Of a stretch of 64,000 bases of DNA, positions 9,350 to 19,621 are shown piece by piece. The translations under genes were made by a program, and so were the position numbers. Under the pieces are notes generated by a model. That model did no database searches. It saw only the letters and a program-made list of their open reading frames with translations, and had not been told where the DNA came from. The stretch's first letter is position 1; each line of letters begins with the position of its first letter. The stretch comes from a virus (taxonomy: Duplodnaviria > Caudoviricetes): IMG/VR virus record IMGVR_UViG_3300028887_000067, positions 128,001 through 192,000 of that record. One strand, given 5' to 3'.

Positions 9350-10825
9350 ATGGACCCTTCTGTGAATTTGGCCAAGTATGACCAGGAAACGATTAACTAC
9401 ATGAAGGCTGCCAAGAGCATGATAGCCAACAATCACGGTATGGCGATTGACCGCGATCCGAAGGACATCATGAAGGAAAATAACGGCAAGTTGCGCGATG
9501 CGGCTAGAATCGTTAAGCGCAAGAAGGGGATGGTCCGCCAGAACACTGTACGCAATGTCCAGATGTCACGGATTCCCGAACAGGTCGCGCAGCCTGTGCA
9601 GACTGCACAGCCGAGCGATACGGCGATGACCGCCCAGGGATACGACCACTACATGGAAACGTTGATGGGGAGGTCGGGTTTCCCGCCCGTCGCCCAGCAC
9701 AATGTCGAACCGGCACAGGAACTATCCGAGATACCGGCCGAACCGATGCAGTCGCCCGAGCCCGTGCAGGAAGTTCCTCGCGTGCCGGACACGCCGCAAC
9801 AGCCCATGTTCGCCCCGAGGGTCGCCGACCGCGTGGATGCGGACCGGTTCGCTCCGAGACAGATGGTTCCCCAGCAAGCGCAACAGGTGCCCCCTGTCGT
9901 GCAATACCCGCAGGCAATGATGCAGGATGTGTTCCAGCGGGAGCCGGAATACAATCAGCGCCCATTGCCGCAGGCCTACCAGCAACCCGTTGCCCCGCAA
10001 ACTCGTCCCGAATTTGTCGCCACGCCGCCTCGTCAGGTAGTGCCGGAACCGGTTCGGGATTTCGATGCGTTTACGGACGTGCGCGGGCTCCCTTCTACCG
10101 GTGCCGTCTACGGCTCGCCCATATCGGGTCAGGCCTTCAAGATGGTGGACCTGTTTATGTTGAACGACCTTGATTCGGAAAACTTGACATCGGTGTTCAG
10201 CGAGATATTCGCACGTCGCCTGCGGGGTGTCTCTCCGGAAGACATCCTGTCGTGTGACGAGCCGTACTTGCTTCACTGGCTCAGGGCGTCCTCCTTCCCC
10301 GACCAGCCGTTACCAGGGATTGTCTGGTTCGAGTGCCCAGAGTGTCACAAGCGCAACGAGGCACCGCAGGGGAGCGACGGGTTCCCGGTGGGGTTCTACA
10401 ACCTCAATTTCCGGATTCAGGGCAACGTAAACGAAATTCTCGCCAAGCACGCGCCGGGTTATTACGCGTTCAACCTTCCCGACGGCAGGGAGTGCGACGT
10501 GTACCTCCGCAGGCGCTATCACGCCAGACTTGTGGACGAGGCGTTGGCCGAGTACCGCAAGAGTATGGGGCACGAGATGCCGTCCTACTTGCAGGAAATC
10601 GTGAAGGTGGCCGTTATTCTCGAGATTCAGGAGTGCGAGGGGTTGAACGAGAAGATCAACTTCCTTTCCGATATGAACGTCCATGTCGCAACGAAGATGT
10701 TCGAGGAAATCAACAGCGCAAGCCTGATCACGCAGATTACCGCTAGTATGAAGTGTCCGAATTGCGGGAAGGAGGTGTTGGTCCACTATCCCTTTCGTCT
10801 CGAACAGTTTATTCCCAGTCTATGA
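9350..10825 (+). CDS. Baseplate hub / tail assembly chaperone (T4 gp26-like) with a long Q/P-rich N-terminal region
   Basis: LPSTGAVY, ILSCDEPYLLHWLRASSF, two CxxC pairs (CPEC, CPNC); upstream of the tape measure. Confidence 0.8.
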   Translation: MDPSVNLAKYDQETINYMKAAKSMIANNHGMAIDRDPKDIMKENNGKLRDAARIVKRKKGMVRQNTVRNVQMSRIPEQVAQPVQTAQPSDTAMTAQGYDHYMETLMGRSGFPPVAQHNVEPAQELSEIPAEPMQSPEPVQEVPRVPDTPQQPMFAPRVADRVDADRFAPRQMVPQQAQQVPPVVQYPQAMMQDVFQREPEYNQRPLPQAYQQPVAPQTRPEFVATPPRQVVPEPVRDFDAFTDVRGLPSTGAVYGSPISGQAFKMVDLFMLNDLDSENLTSVFSEIFARRLRGVSPEDILSCDEPYLLHWLRASSFPDQPLPGIVWFECPECHKRNEAPQGSDGFPVGFYNLNFRIQGNVNEILAKHAPGYYAFNLPDGRECDVYLRRRYHARLVDEALAEYRKSMGHEMPSYLQEIVKVAVILEIQECEGLNEKINFLSDMNVHVATKMFEEINSASLITQITASMKCPNCGKEVLVHYPFRLEQFIPSL

Positions 10826-11015
10826 CAAGATTAAGCTGGTAAGGGACAAGTGTCTGGTGTCCGATATGCTCCATACGTCGGTGCTGGACTGCGAAAGGCT
10901 CTTCATACCGGAATTCCTCGAAATCAAGAAATACTGCGTTGAGAAATTCAACCAGCTCAATGGTGTCGAGGACGACGATTCGGGTTCGGAACTGGCTGGA
11001 ATGCTGGGGAGGTGA
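10791..11015 (+). CDS. gp51-like chaperone C-terminal segment in the +1 frame (absent from the ORF track)
   Basis: Open +1 frame reading PFVSNSLFPVYDKIKLVRDKCLVSDMLHTSVLDCERLFIPEFLEIKKYCVEKFNQLNGVEDDDSGSELAGMLGR*. It overlaps the end of the gp26-like gene and fills the gap before the tape measure. Confidence 0.7.
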   Translation, partial: PFVSNSLFPVYDKIKLVRDKCLVSDMLHTSVLDCERLFIPEFLEIKKYCVEKFNQLNGVEDDDSGSELAGMLGR

Positions 11016-11070
11016 GGTCAAAAGGCCCCACCTTTTTTATAAACTACGATTAACTGATTTTGGGTAGCTG

Positions 11071-12891
11071 ATGGCCACCGATATTGACTTGAAGTCGGTT
11101 GTAAAGGAAGGCGTTCTTGAAGGAATGGGCGCCGTGTTCGGCAGTATCGACGCGGCAAATGACCACGACGACCTTATCAAGTTCCATAACGAGGCGAACG
11201 GGATCGAGACCCCCGAAGAGGCCGTCCAGTCCCGTCTTAACTCGGTCATCGAGAACCAGCGCTCAATCATCGAACTATTCAGGACCTATAACGAGCGCAC
11301 CTCCGGCGTGGAATCGTCCGGGGAACCCATAGGGCAGTCTGGATTCGCCCAGCAGGCAACTGCTTCCAGCCAGAACGGGATGTCCCTCGGCTCGGGCCTT
11401 TCTACGGGCTCCTTCATGGGGACGCCGGGTTCCATTCGTACCTATATCGTGAACCACGGCGTTGTAGTCGCTGACGGGGCGGGTATTGTTCAGGGAGGCT
11501 CCTCTGACATTGGCGCGGCCGAGACATCGGTTCCTGCAGCTTCACGTGACGATTCTGACCGGGTGTCTTACAAGGCGGGCATCGGCGATGCGACGGAACG
11601 GGAGAACGCTGCTCGATTCGACCAGGAAAAGCGAAACTACCAAGAGTACACGATGAAGCCGACGATGAGCAAGCTCTCGCAGGCCCTCGACAAGTATCTG
11701 GAACAGCAATCCGGCCCCGACAATGGGTCTGGTATGTTCGACTTCCTAGGCAAAGGACTAAGTGCCCTGATTGGTGGCCTGGGCGGGCTGGCCATCGGCT
11801 GGATTTCCGGTCTCAAGACGCAATGGATGAACGTGGGCAGGTCTTTTGTCAAGACGTTTAATTCTGCAGTCGGATGGCTCAAGGACACCAAGCTTGCCAA
11901 GAGTATGTCTGACTTGGGCAAGACGTTCAAGGGCGTGGTGTCCGGCATGAAGGACGCTGTCGTCGGTAAGTTCCGTGGAATCGCCAACACGGTCGAGTCC
12001 TCTCTGGGAAAGGTCAAGACGTCGTTCGTGAAGACGCTGTCGGGATGGAAGAGTGCAATTTCCGATAGTGTGATTGGAAAGGCTGCTGTCGCCGTCAAGG
12101 ATGGCGTAGGCAAGATAATGGGCGGTGTTACCAAGGCTGTGAAGACTGCTGCTAGTGCCGTGGCTCATTCGCCGATAGTGAAGGCGGGTGCAACGGCTGG
12201 AAAGTTTGCTATGGGCATTGGTAAGCGACTCCCTGTTGTCCAGGGTGCCGTCGGTCTGGCCGACACCGCCAAGAACACCTACGACGTGTTTAAAAAAGGC
12301 GGGAACATCAAGGACATCATGTCCACCGGTCTCGCCGGTACTACCGACGCCCTTGTCAACACGCTCGCCGTACCCGAGATAATCGGCGCGGTTAAGGGTG
12401 CCGTTCGCGGTGCCCGCAAGGACGGCCTGTCCGGAATGTTCAAGGGTGCAGGCGCCGGCATTATGAATGCCCATGACCCGAACAAGGTTTCCATCGGGCA
12501 GGCGTTCGCCTCCGAGGTTGCCCATTGGTCGGGTAACGAGACCGAGACTACGAGACGGATGCGTACGGCGAATATGTACGGGCTTACCAAGTCCGAAGTC
12601 GGCCTGAGCAACATCAACGGGAACGCGGGCGGTTTCGGCACGGCTGCTTCGCTTTATACCGGCGACCGAAAGCTTGCCGCCGGATCCACCGAGAATATGA
12701 ACATGCCGAACGCGTCTACGGGTGACGAGGTATCGTCGAAGCGTATGAGCGACGAGGAGCGCATCAAGGAAACCGCCGACCTGTTCAAGGTCAGTTTCAT
12801 AGAGGCTCTGACTAGCGACGAGGTGAAACGTGTCAACGCGGAGCAGGCAAAGGCCGCCGGCGAGGCAATCAACACTTCTCTGATGGGGTAG
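11071..12891 (+). CDS. Tape measure protein (gp29-like)
   Basis: 606 aa, G/A/K-rich amphipathic repeats, positioned after the chaperones. Confidence 0.75.
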   Translation: MATDIDLKSVVKEGVLEGMGAVFGSIDAANDHDDLIKFHNEANGIETPEEAVQSRLNSVIENQRSIIELFRTYNERTSGVESSGEPIGQSGFAQQATASSQNGMSLGSGLSTGSFMGTPGSIRTYIVNHGVVVADGAGIVQGGSSDIGAAETSVPAASRDDSDRVSYKAGIGDATERENAARFDQEKRNYQEYTMKPTMSKLSQALDKYLEQQSGPDNGSGMFDFLGKGLSALIGGLGGLAIGWISGLKTQWMNVGRSFVKTFNSAVGWLKDTKLAKSMSDLGKTFKGVVSGMKDAVVGKFRGIANTVESSLGKVKTSFVKTLSGWKSAISDSVIGKAAVAVKDGVGKIMGGVTKAVKTAASAVAHSPIVKAGATAGKFAMGIGKRLPVVQGAVGLADTAKNTYDVFKKGGNIKDIMSTGLAGTTDALVNTLAVPEIIGAVKGAVRGARKDGLSGMFKGAGAGIMNAHDPNKVSIGQAFASEVAHWSGNETETTRRMRTANMYGLTKSEVGLSNINGNAGGFGTAASLYTGDRKLAAGSTENMNMPNASTGDEVSSKRMSDEERIKETADLFKVSFIEALTSDEVKRVNAEQAKAAGEAINTSLMG

Positions 12892-12894
12892 CGT

Positions 12895-14082
12895 ATGGCC
12901 AAGGGTAACCGTACTAACGAGTTGAAGAAATACAAGGTCAGGGTTGGGCACACGTCCGGCATGATGCGGGAAGCCCTGCCGAAGCCCAACGTCGTTCGCA
13001 TACAGGTGCTGGATGGTCCGGCACGCCGTTCGTTCATGGGCGGGTTCCATAGCACGCTGGATGAGTTCAGGACGACTATGCAGGATGCCGTAGCGGCGGC
13101 GAGCCATTACAATATGTACGAGCCTTTCTACGGGATCCTCGATAGCTCCGAGGGTCAGGGGCCCAGCCTTAACGTGAGCGCCAAGTGGGCCGCGCAGAAC
13201 GCGACCAAGAGCGGTTTCGCCATGATGAATACGCTTCTGACTTCTGAAGGGCAGGGCGGTATCGTTGGCCTGCTTCCTTTTATTGGCGGAAATCTTTCTG
13301 ACAAGATAAATACGGCTCTTGGTACGATTGATAAGGTTGCCACGACATCAATGGGGTTCGCCGGCATGAACAACTACGCTACCGGTTCGACGACTATCAA
13401 GCAGTTCACTGGCACGACGATCGATGCCAATATGCCGCTCAAGTTCAAGTGGTACTTGCCTGAACAAGAACAGATGTGCCGTATATCGATTAAGCGTCTG
13501 ATCACGATGGCTTACGTGCGCCCGATGGATATGGACGCGGCCACCATCGCGAACGGCATCATAAATGCCGTCGTCCAGACCGGTTCGTCCGTTTATGACG
13601 CTGTTACCGGCTCAATTACGGGATCCTACAACGAAGGCACGAGCAGCCAGAACAGGGGCAAGCAGGCATCCAGCAATAAGGAGGAGTCCGCCGGCCACGA
13701 TTCGATGCTCGGTAAGTGGGCGAAGAATGCCGTTAAGTACGGCGTGAACGTGTATAATAGCATCAATAGTTATTTCGGCGGAGAGATTACGGCCAACCCG
13801 TTACCCGTCCGCATAAGCATCGGCCATTATCTCGACATCGAGCCCGTCGTGATTACCGACGTCAGGATAACCGCTTCTAGGGAGCAGTTCATATCGAAGG
13901 ACGGTACCCACCTGCCCATATGGGTGGAAGCCGAGGTCAAGTTCGATTACTGGATGCAGCCGGGCCCGACCAAGGACTTTATGTCGTTCCTCGGCTCGGA
14001 GGTGTTCGACGAATGGGTCCGACGGGACCCGAAGACCGACAAGAATCAGAAGGCCGGCGGATTGGCCGGGGCGAAGAAGTAA
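12895..14082 (+). CDS. Baseplate / tail tube initiator protein (gp48-like)
   Basis: PLPVRISIGHYLDIEPVVITDV..LPIWVEAEVKF tube-fold pattern, after the tape measure. Confidence 0.6.
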   Translation: MAKGNRTNELKKYKVRVGHTSGMMREALPKPNVVRIQVLDGPARRSFMGGFHSTLDEFRTTMQDAVAAASHYNMYEPFYGILDSSEGQGPSLNVSAKWAAQNATKSGFAMMNTLLTSEGQGGIVGLLPFIGGNLSDKINTALGTIDKVATTSMGFAGMNNYATGSTTIKQFTGTTIDANMPLKFKWYLPEQEQMCRISIKRLITMAYVRPMDMDAATIANGIINAVVQTGSSVYDAVTGSITGSYNEGTSSQNRGKQASSNKEESAGHDSMLGKWAKNAVKYGVNVYNSINSYFGGEITANPLPVRISIGHYLDIEPVVITDVRITASREQFISKDGTHLPIWVEAEVKFDYWMQPGPTKDFMSFLGSEVFDEWVRRDPKTDKNQKAGGLAGAKK

Positions 14083-14091
14083 GGGGGGCAT

Positions 14092-14526
14092 ATGGCAGCA
14101 GACGAAAAATTTCCCAGGATAAGGGAGGACAATTTCAACGTAGCCGGCGTGTTCCACATTCCGATGGTGCAGAATGGCCGTCTTGACCGCGTCATCGGTG
14201 ACCTTTACGGCACGCCGACGATGTACAAGGCGTTCGCCGCCGTGAACAACATCAGGAATCCTATGCAGCTCAGGGGGACTATTCGTCCGGCGCCGGAGGC
14301 TATACGCAATGAGCTAGTTTTAAAGGGGTACCGGGGGGCTGAACTAGAGAAGGCCGTCCGCGAAGCCAACGACGATGTCGTGTGGGGCGACCGCGACTGG
14401 CTCGGATATAGCGACGTGTTCAACGGAGTGATTACCGAGGCGGCAGGCGACGCTAACTACATCATGCCTGACCCGAACAGCGTTATTGATTGGCATACGA
14501 AGTACAACGAAGTCGAACAGGAATAA
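14092..14526 (+). CDS. Baseplate wedge protein (gp53/LysM-like)
   Basis: GRLDRVIGDLYGTPTMYKAFAAVNNIRNP matches the gp53 LysM-like motif. Confidence 0.75.
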   Translation: MAADEKFPRIREDNFNVAGVFHIPMVQNGRLDRVIGDLYGTPTMYKAFAAVNNIRNPMQLRGTIRPAPEAIRNELVLKGYRGAELEKAVREANDDVVWGDRDWLGYSDVFNGVITEAAGDANYIMPDPNSVIDWHTKYNEVEQE

Positions 14527-14528
14527 TA

Positions 14529-15863
14529 ATGACCAGTACAGGAACAAGTTTCAGCGTCACCGTCATCTTGGATGACCGTATCTTCGACTCGAGTGACCTC
14601 AGCGAGCTTTCGATGAACATTCCGCTCAACGAGCTCCCCTATGGCACGGCGACGCTTCTCGTGACTAATCTCCCCGAGTTCAGGCTCGACAAGGGATGTT
14701 TCGGAAGATTCCTGTTCCTCAATACCGGCTACAAGGACGTGGACGGCAGCGGGTTTTCTTTCATGGTGCTTTCCGCGTCACAGTCCGTAGTCAACGAGGG
14801 CACGATTTCTATCAAGTTTGATTGGAAGATGGCATCCCCCGAAATCCTGAAGAAGGACACAGTGGCTGTCAAGGGTTCCAGCCTTGACGCTATGCTGGAC
14901 GTGCTGAAGAGCTACGGCGATAATATCCCGCATGTCAACCTGATTACGGGCGAGGCAGCGAACCTTACCGACACTATGACGTGGAGGTACGTTAACTGCA
15001 ACCTCGTCGACAAGTTACGAACGACGGTTGAACACTCGGCTATGGTGGGCGACTACATGTTCTGGTGTTACGATATTGTCAGCCGTTCGATAATCATTTC
15101 TTCTCTGAACACGTCCAAAAAGGTCAGCACGCCGATGGCCTGCATCTATTCGCAGGACGCCATCACTTCTACCGCGAGTTCACGTTTCGTCGATACGAAC
15201 ACGGGAAGCGAGGCGTGGCTGTACGCGCAGGAGGAACGCGTCACGAACAAGGGCGAGAACTTCTCCGCGTCGTTCCCGAACATAGTATATTCCAGCGTCG
15301 ACTCGAAGGGACGCGCAGACGTGTCGAACTGCTACGGCGACTGTTACGATTCGGTTATGAAGCATTACGGCGCCATGGGTTCCGAGCAGGTCGCCGCTAA
15401 ATACGGCATCAAGGATACCAAGTCCGTATATGGTGACTTGAAGGTGGTGAACAACTTCCCGGGGAACGTGCATAATTCATACTGCATCGCAGGCGACGTC
15501 CGTCTCCGTCACTTGTCGGAATATTCAAAAATCATGGCGATCGGCCTTATGAACTGCGTCGGCCCCTCGGTAGGTAGCCGTGTATACGTGTATGCCCTGA
15601 AACCGTCGAAGAACGGAGGTACGGACGGTCCGGATATGTACTACACGGATGAGTATATCGTCATCGCCAAGCGTATCAAGAAGGAGACCAAGGTTTCCGC
15701 AGGTACGCTAGGTTCGGCCCATATGGTGCAGAACCCCGACCATATGACCGTATTGACTCTCGTTTCGAACCACGACGGCACGATGGGCTACGATACGACG
15801 ATGAAGAAGCTTGATGAAATCGCGTCGGCCTGTAAGGTAGAGGCCGAAAAGGCTAAGCGGTAG
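14529..15863 (+). CDS. Baseplate hub protein (gp27-like)
   Basis: About 445 aa, between the gp53-like and gp5-like genes, beta-rich. Start reassigned to ATG 14529. Confidence 0.6.
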   Translation: MTSTGTSFSVTVILDDRIFDSSDLSELSMNIPLNELPYGTATLLVTNLPEFRLDKGCFGRFLFLNTGYKDVDGSGFSFMVLSASQSVVNEGTISIKFDWKMASPEILKKDTVAVKGSSLDAMLDVLKSYGDNIPHVNLITGEAANLTDTMTWRYVNCNLVDKLRTTVEHSAMVGDYMFWCYDIVSRSIIISSLNTSKKVSTPMACIYSQDAITSTASSRFVDTNTGSEAWLYAQEERVTNKGENFSASFPNIVYSSVDSKGRADVSNCYGDCYDSVMKHYGAMGSEQVAAKYGIKDTKSVYGDLKVVNNFPGNVHNSYCIAGDVRLRHLSEYSKIMAIGLMNCVGPSVGSRVYVYALKPSKNGGTDGPDMYYTDEYIVIAKRIKKETKVSAGTLGSAHMVQNPDHMTVLTLVSNHDGTMGYDTTMKKLDEIASACKVEAEKAKR

Positions 15864-15866
15864 ATT

Positions 15867-17096
15867 ATGTACAACGTGTTACCGGACGTAGACTATATTG
15901 CGGTGGTTGTCGAGGGAAGCGTCGACACCATGCACCGTGGTGCTGTAAAGGCTCGCGTGCTTGGCGTCACCGACGAGTTCGATGACGACGACCAGCCGTA
16001 TTTCTACCCTGCATTGTCAGGAGGCTTGCAACAGGTTCCGCAACCGGGATATTTTCTCCGCGTCCGTCTGGAGGACGGCGACATCAACCGTGGGTTCTAC
16101 TACGGGATATCGGCTACCCCGTCTTATCTCCCGCCGGAATATTCGGACAGCTATCCTGATGTCGCCGTGGCAAACCTCGGCGAGGATGGGTTCTTCTACA
16201 CCCACAACAGGCAGACCCACGTGACGACCATCGACAATCCGGGGAACAACTCTAGTGTCCTGTGGGACGCTGCCGGTTTCGTGACATACGAGTCCACGGC
16301 CGCTCACCCGAACGCGGGGATGGGCGCCAAGGAGGGAGGCGGGTCCAACACTCAGCACGTGCTGACGGAGGCGACAATCGACATTTTCACCGCTATGCCG
16401 GTCGGCGGCAATAGGGACACGTCCGGTATCGGGCAGGGAAGCGAGTATCTGCGGGTACCGCATATATCTCAGGCAACCATTGACGCGTTCAACGGCCAGC
16501 CACCGCAGGATGATACGTCGAAGGCCCCGGCAATATCCGACACCATAGACGATAGCCTCCAGTACAACGAGCTTGTCAACGCGTCCGGCGAAGTCGTGGC
16601 CAAGGTACCCGTAGAACTTACTGACACAATGATAAACCGTAACGGCAAGGTTATCAAGCGCATACTTGTCTGCCACACTGAAGGCGAGTGTTTCCCCGTG
16701 ATGGCGTCCAAGATCATGACTACGGGTAACACGGCGCACTATCTTGTCGGACAAGTTGAAGGCGAACCCGAGATTATGGGCGAGGGAACCGATAAGGATT
16801 CCTTGATGAATAGCGGGTTCTACCAGTTCATCGATCTCGACAACGACGGCGGTGCTTATAGCGGTTCCACGATATACGGAAAGAAGGCCAATGTTGATTC
16901 TGTCATTGTCATGTTGGTCGGTGACGCCGCCCATGCCCCGACCCCGTACCAGCAGGAAATGCTCGGCATTATCGTCGAGCACGTTCGCACGGTTGCTGGT
17001 GACGACGACATTCCGGTTATGTCGCCTAACGATTTCGATATTCCGAGCCTGAAATCCGCTATGCCGCTCTTCACGACGGAGGTCTACAATGGCTGA
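15867..17096 (+). CDS. Baseplate spike (gp5-like OB fold) with a C-terminal amidase_2-like domain
   Basis: N-terminal D..HRGAVKARVLGV..VPQPG..RVRLEDGDINRGFY (gp5 OB fold). C-terminal IKRILVCHTEG..AHYLV..NVDSVIVMLVG..PTPYQ. Confidence 0.78.
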   Translation: MYNVLPDVDYIAVVVEGSVDTMHRGAVKARVLGVTDEFDDDDQPYFYPALSGGLQQVPQPGYFLRVRLEDGDINRGFYYGISATPSYLPPEYSDSYPDVAVANLGEDGFFYTHNRQTHVTTIDNPGNNSSVLWDAAGFVTYESTAAHPNAGMGAKEGGGSNTQHVLTEATIDIFTAMPVGGNRDTSGIGQGSEYLRVPHISQATIDAFNGQPPQDDTSKAPAISDTIDDSLQYNELVNASGEVVAKVPVELTDTMINRNGKVIKRILVCHTEGECFPVMASKIMTTGNTAHYLVGQVEGEPEIMGEGTDKDSLMNSGFYQFIDLDNDGGAYSGSTIYGKKANVDSVIVMLVGDAAHAPTPYQQEMLGIIVEHVRTVAGDDDIPVMSPNDFDIPSLKSAMPLFTTEVYNG

Positions 17097-19047
17097 CGCT
17101 AAGAAAAGGATGGAATGCGAGAAGCCGCGAAATGCGGCGAGCGATGGTGTACAGGCCTCTGTCAACAGCTCTGTCGTGTCTTCGCCCACCCCGTCGACGT
17201 CCTCTCAGATGGCCGGTACCAGTGGCTATCCGGTGAAGCCGGGGTTCGTGTCCGCGCTCGATTCCGGCGTAAACACTATTATGGATAGTGCCGAACGGGT
17301 CGCTGCCGCTATGGACGTCGGTACGAGACGCCTGAATGCCATCGACTGCAGTGACGCCCTGTACGAGTATATCATGGCGAAGCTCCCTCCTGTATGCACA
17401 TCGTTGCTGAATGGTGGAAAGTCGTTCATGAACAACGCCACCAATTTCGCGCACGGAATTACATCTGGGGCGTCGATAGGAAACCTCATACGGACTCCGG
17501 ATTTTGTAAAAAATGTGTGCTCCTTCATCGAGATGTGGGGAGGCACCATCGACGGATGGCTCGATGTCGTGGCCAAGGCCGCCATCGTCCTGTTCAAGAA
17601 AATCGACGCCGCCAGGGAACGTCTCGAGGATGCTACGCTTGACTTTACTGAAGCGGTGCGCAACTGCGTGCTCGACGTGATAAATGCGATACAGGACAAG
17701 CTCAACGGACTACTCAATTTCTCGATGGCCATCAACTGGGATGACCTTGGAAAGTACATGAACCAGTGCCCGTGTCTGGCAAAGGTCATCGCAACCCTTA
17801 CTGGCTGTACTAAGGACGCCGACGGAAATTCCACCGATGGAAGGCCTTGGGCCGTCATCGCCTGTATCAAGGACAAGTTTTCTTTCCTTAATGTCGAAGA
17901 TCTTAAATTCGGTCTCGACACGATGATAACGAAATATATCAAGAATTTCATCAACAAGGTGTTCAACCTGATCGATTCGTGGGTGGTGTATGTTTATCGG
18001 TTGCTCATACGCCCGTTGCGCAGCTTGATAAAGGCTTACGCGAAGCTGCTTACAAAGAAGATGAATGTCAACGCGTTCATCGATATGGTTGGCCCGTTTG
18101 AGTGCTTCTTCGTCTACACCAAGGAATATGACCACGGCTCGTCCTACTATGGGATGTCCGCAGTCGACATGATCAAAACTTACAAGGGATGGGTGAGCTG
18201 TCTGGAAATAGCCTGCCCTAACCTGTCTGAGAAGATAAAGAACCGGACGAAGCAACTTTACAAGGACTTGCGCCTCGAGGATAAGTATTGGCGTCGGGCG
18301 ATGGAGGCCGACATATACACTTGCTGTCTTGCCATAGAGCTTGACGCGCCTACCGCAAGGGAAAGCGTCCTCCGACAGCTTTACAAGGAGAACCCGTGGG
18401 ATACCCTCATGTCCTGGATTCGCAAGGCGAAAAACAAGGACGACAAGGTTTCGCATGCCGAGGAAGAGGCGGAGAAGTACGACGAGAGTCGCCCGTTCAC
18501 GTTTACTGATTTCCACGGGTCGGAAATGCCGGTGCAGTCACCCGTGAAGGAGTCCGTTACTTTCACCTATTCGTCGGACACGGAAAACGAAGTCCAGACT
18601 GGCCCGCTCAAGATTTCATCCGACGAGGAGGAATCGTTGAAGATGATTCTGGACAGCATGTTCTCGCAGAAAGACGATTCGTACTACGTCGAGCACATGT
18701 ACCAGCTGATCCGCTTCACCAACAAGTACGCGACTTCGAAAGGGTATGTCGAGTTCGCGTCAGGGAAGCTTGACGGGATAGAGTCGCTTACCGGAGACTA
18801 TTCCCAGACCGATACCGGCATGAACGAGAGCGCGTCTAGGTCGCCATACTACGTGGACGACCCTACCGGTTACGCCACTGCTGACGGGTCGGTTACTACG
18901 CCGGCGCTCGTGGCCACTTATGACATCAGGAACGATTTTGACCCGGCCCGTTCTGACAAGATATCGTTGTACAAGTTTACCCCGAAGGGACGCGACGAGG
19001 CTCTTTCGGACTATTACGCCAGGATGTACTCGTCGGCGACGGCATAG
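17089..19047 (+). CDS. Large Cys-rich helical hypothetical protein, probably virion-associated
   Basis: 652-aa ORF coupled to the spike gene. Confidence 0.7.
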   Translation: MADAKKRMECEKPRNAASDGVQASVNSSVVSSPTPSTSSQMAGTSGYPVKPGFVSALDSGVNTIMDSAERVAAAMDVGTRRLNAIDCSDALYEYIMAKLPPVCTSLLNGGKSFMNNATNFAHGITSGASIGNLIRTPDFVKNVCSFIEMWGGTIDGWLDVVAKAAIVLFKKIDAARERLEDATLDFTEAVRNCVLDVINAIQDKLNGLLNFSMAINWDDLGKYMNQCPCLAKVIATLTGCTKDADGNSTDGRPWAVIACIKDKFSFLNVEDLKFGLDTMITKYIKNFINKVFNLIDSWVVYVYRLLIRPLRSLIKAYAKLLTKKMNVNAFIDMVGPFECFFVYTKEYDHGSSYYGMSAVDMIKTYKGWVSCLEIACPNLSEKIKNRTKQLYKDLRLEDKYWRRAMEADIYTCCLAIELDAPTARESVLRQLYKENPWDTLMSWIRKAKNKDDKVSHAEEEAEKYDESRPFTFTDFHGSEMPVQSPVKESVTFTYSSDTENEVQTGPLKISSDEEESLKMILDSMFSQKDDSYYVEHMYQLIRFTNKYATSKGYVEFASGKLDGIESLTGDYSQTDTGMNESASRSPYYVDDPTGYATADGSVTTPALVATYDIRNDFDPARSDKISLYKFTPKGRDEALSDYYARMYSSATA

Positions 19048-19049
19048 CT

Positions 19050-19580
19050 ATGACTAAGAACTACTATACGGACTGCAGTAAGGGACGCTACGACCTCCTC
19101 CATCCGGAGAAGTATATGCCGAACGCGCCCACTCCTTGGTACAAGTCCGCCTGGGAAAAGAAGATGTTCATCCTGTGTGACGTGCATCCGATGATCACCC
19201 TGTGGGGTTACGAGCCGCCTCCGATATCCATTGTCTATATGTCGCCGAAGTTCCAGAAGCTGGCCACGTACAAGCCCGACCTTTATGTCGAGGTGACGGA
19301 CGCGGACGGGGCCAAGAGCAAGTACCTGATAGAAATCAAGCCGACGACGTATTCGGTGGTTCCCAAGATGCCGCACCCTCCGGCGAACCAGGCCGACGAG
19401 GCCGCTTGGGAACGGTACAGGAAGCGCAAGGTGTCCTACGAGACCAAGCTCATGGACGTTATGGTGAACCACGCCAAGTGGGCCGCTGCCGAGGAATGGT
19501 GCCGTCAGAGGGGCGTGAACTGGTTCATTGCCAACGAAAAGAATATGGGCCACCTGTTCGATTGTAACGTTCACTTCTGA
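19050..19580 (+). CDS. Head completion nuclease (T4 gp4-like, TnsA/PD-(D/E)xK)
   Basis: KGRY..HPEKY, YKSAWE, WGYE, YKPDLY, LIEIKP, NHAKWAAA..WC. Confidence 0.92.
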   Translation: MTKNYYTDCSKGRYDLLHPEKYMPNAPTPWYKSAWEKKMFILCDVHPMITLWGYEPPPISIVYMSPKFQKLATYKPDLYVEVTDADGAKSKYLIEIKPTTYSVVPKMPHPPANQADEAAWERYRKRKVSYETKLMDVMVNHAKWAAAEEWCRQRGVNWFIANEKNMGHLFDCNVHF

Positions 19581-19621
19581 TTTTGATGTAATTTAACACA
19601 TAACCAAGGATTTACGATACG

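Noticed and set aside
19570-19579. TTCAC followed by TTCTG as a second TnpB target
   Set aside because: Only 5 nt match the guide after the TAM, which is too short to support a real target and is plausibly chance.
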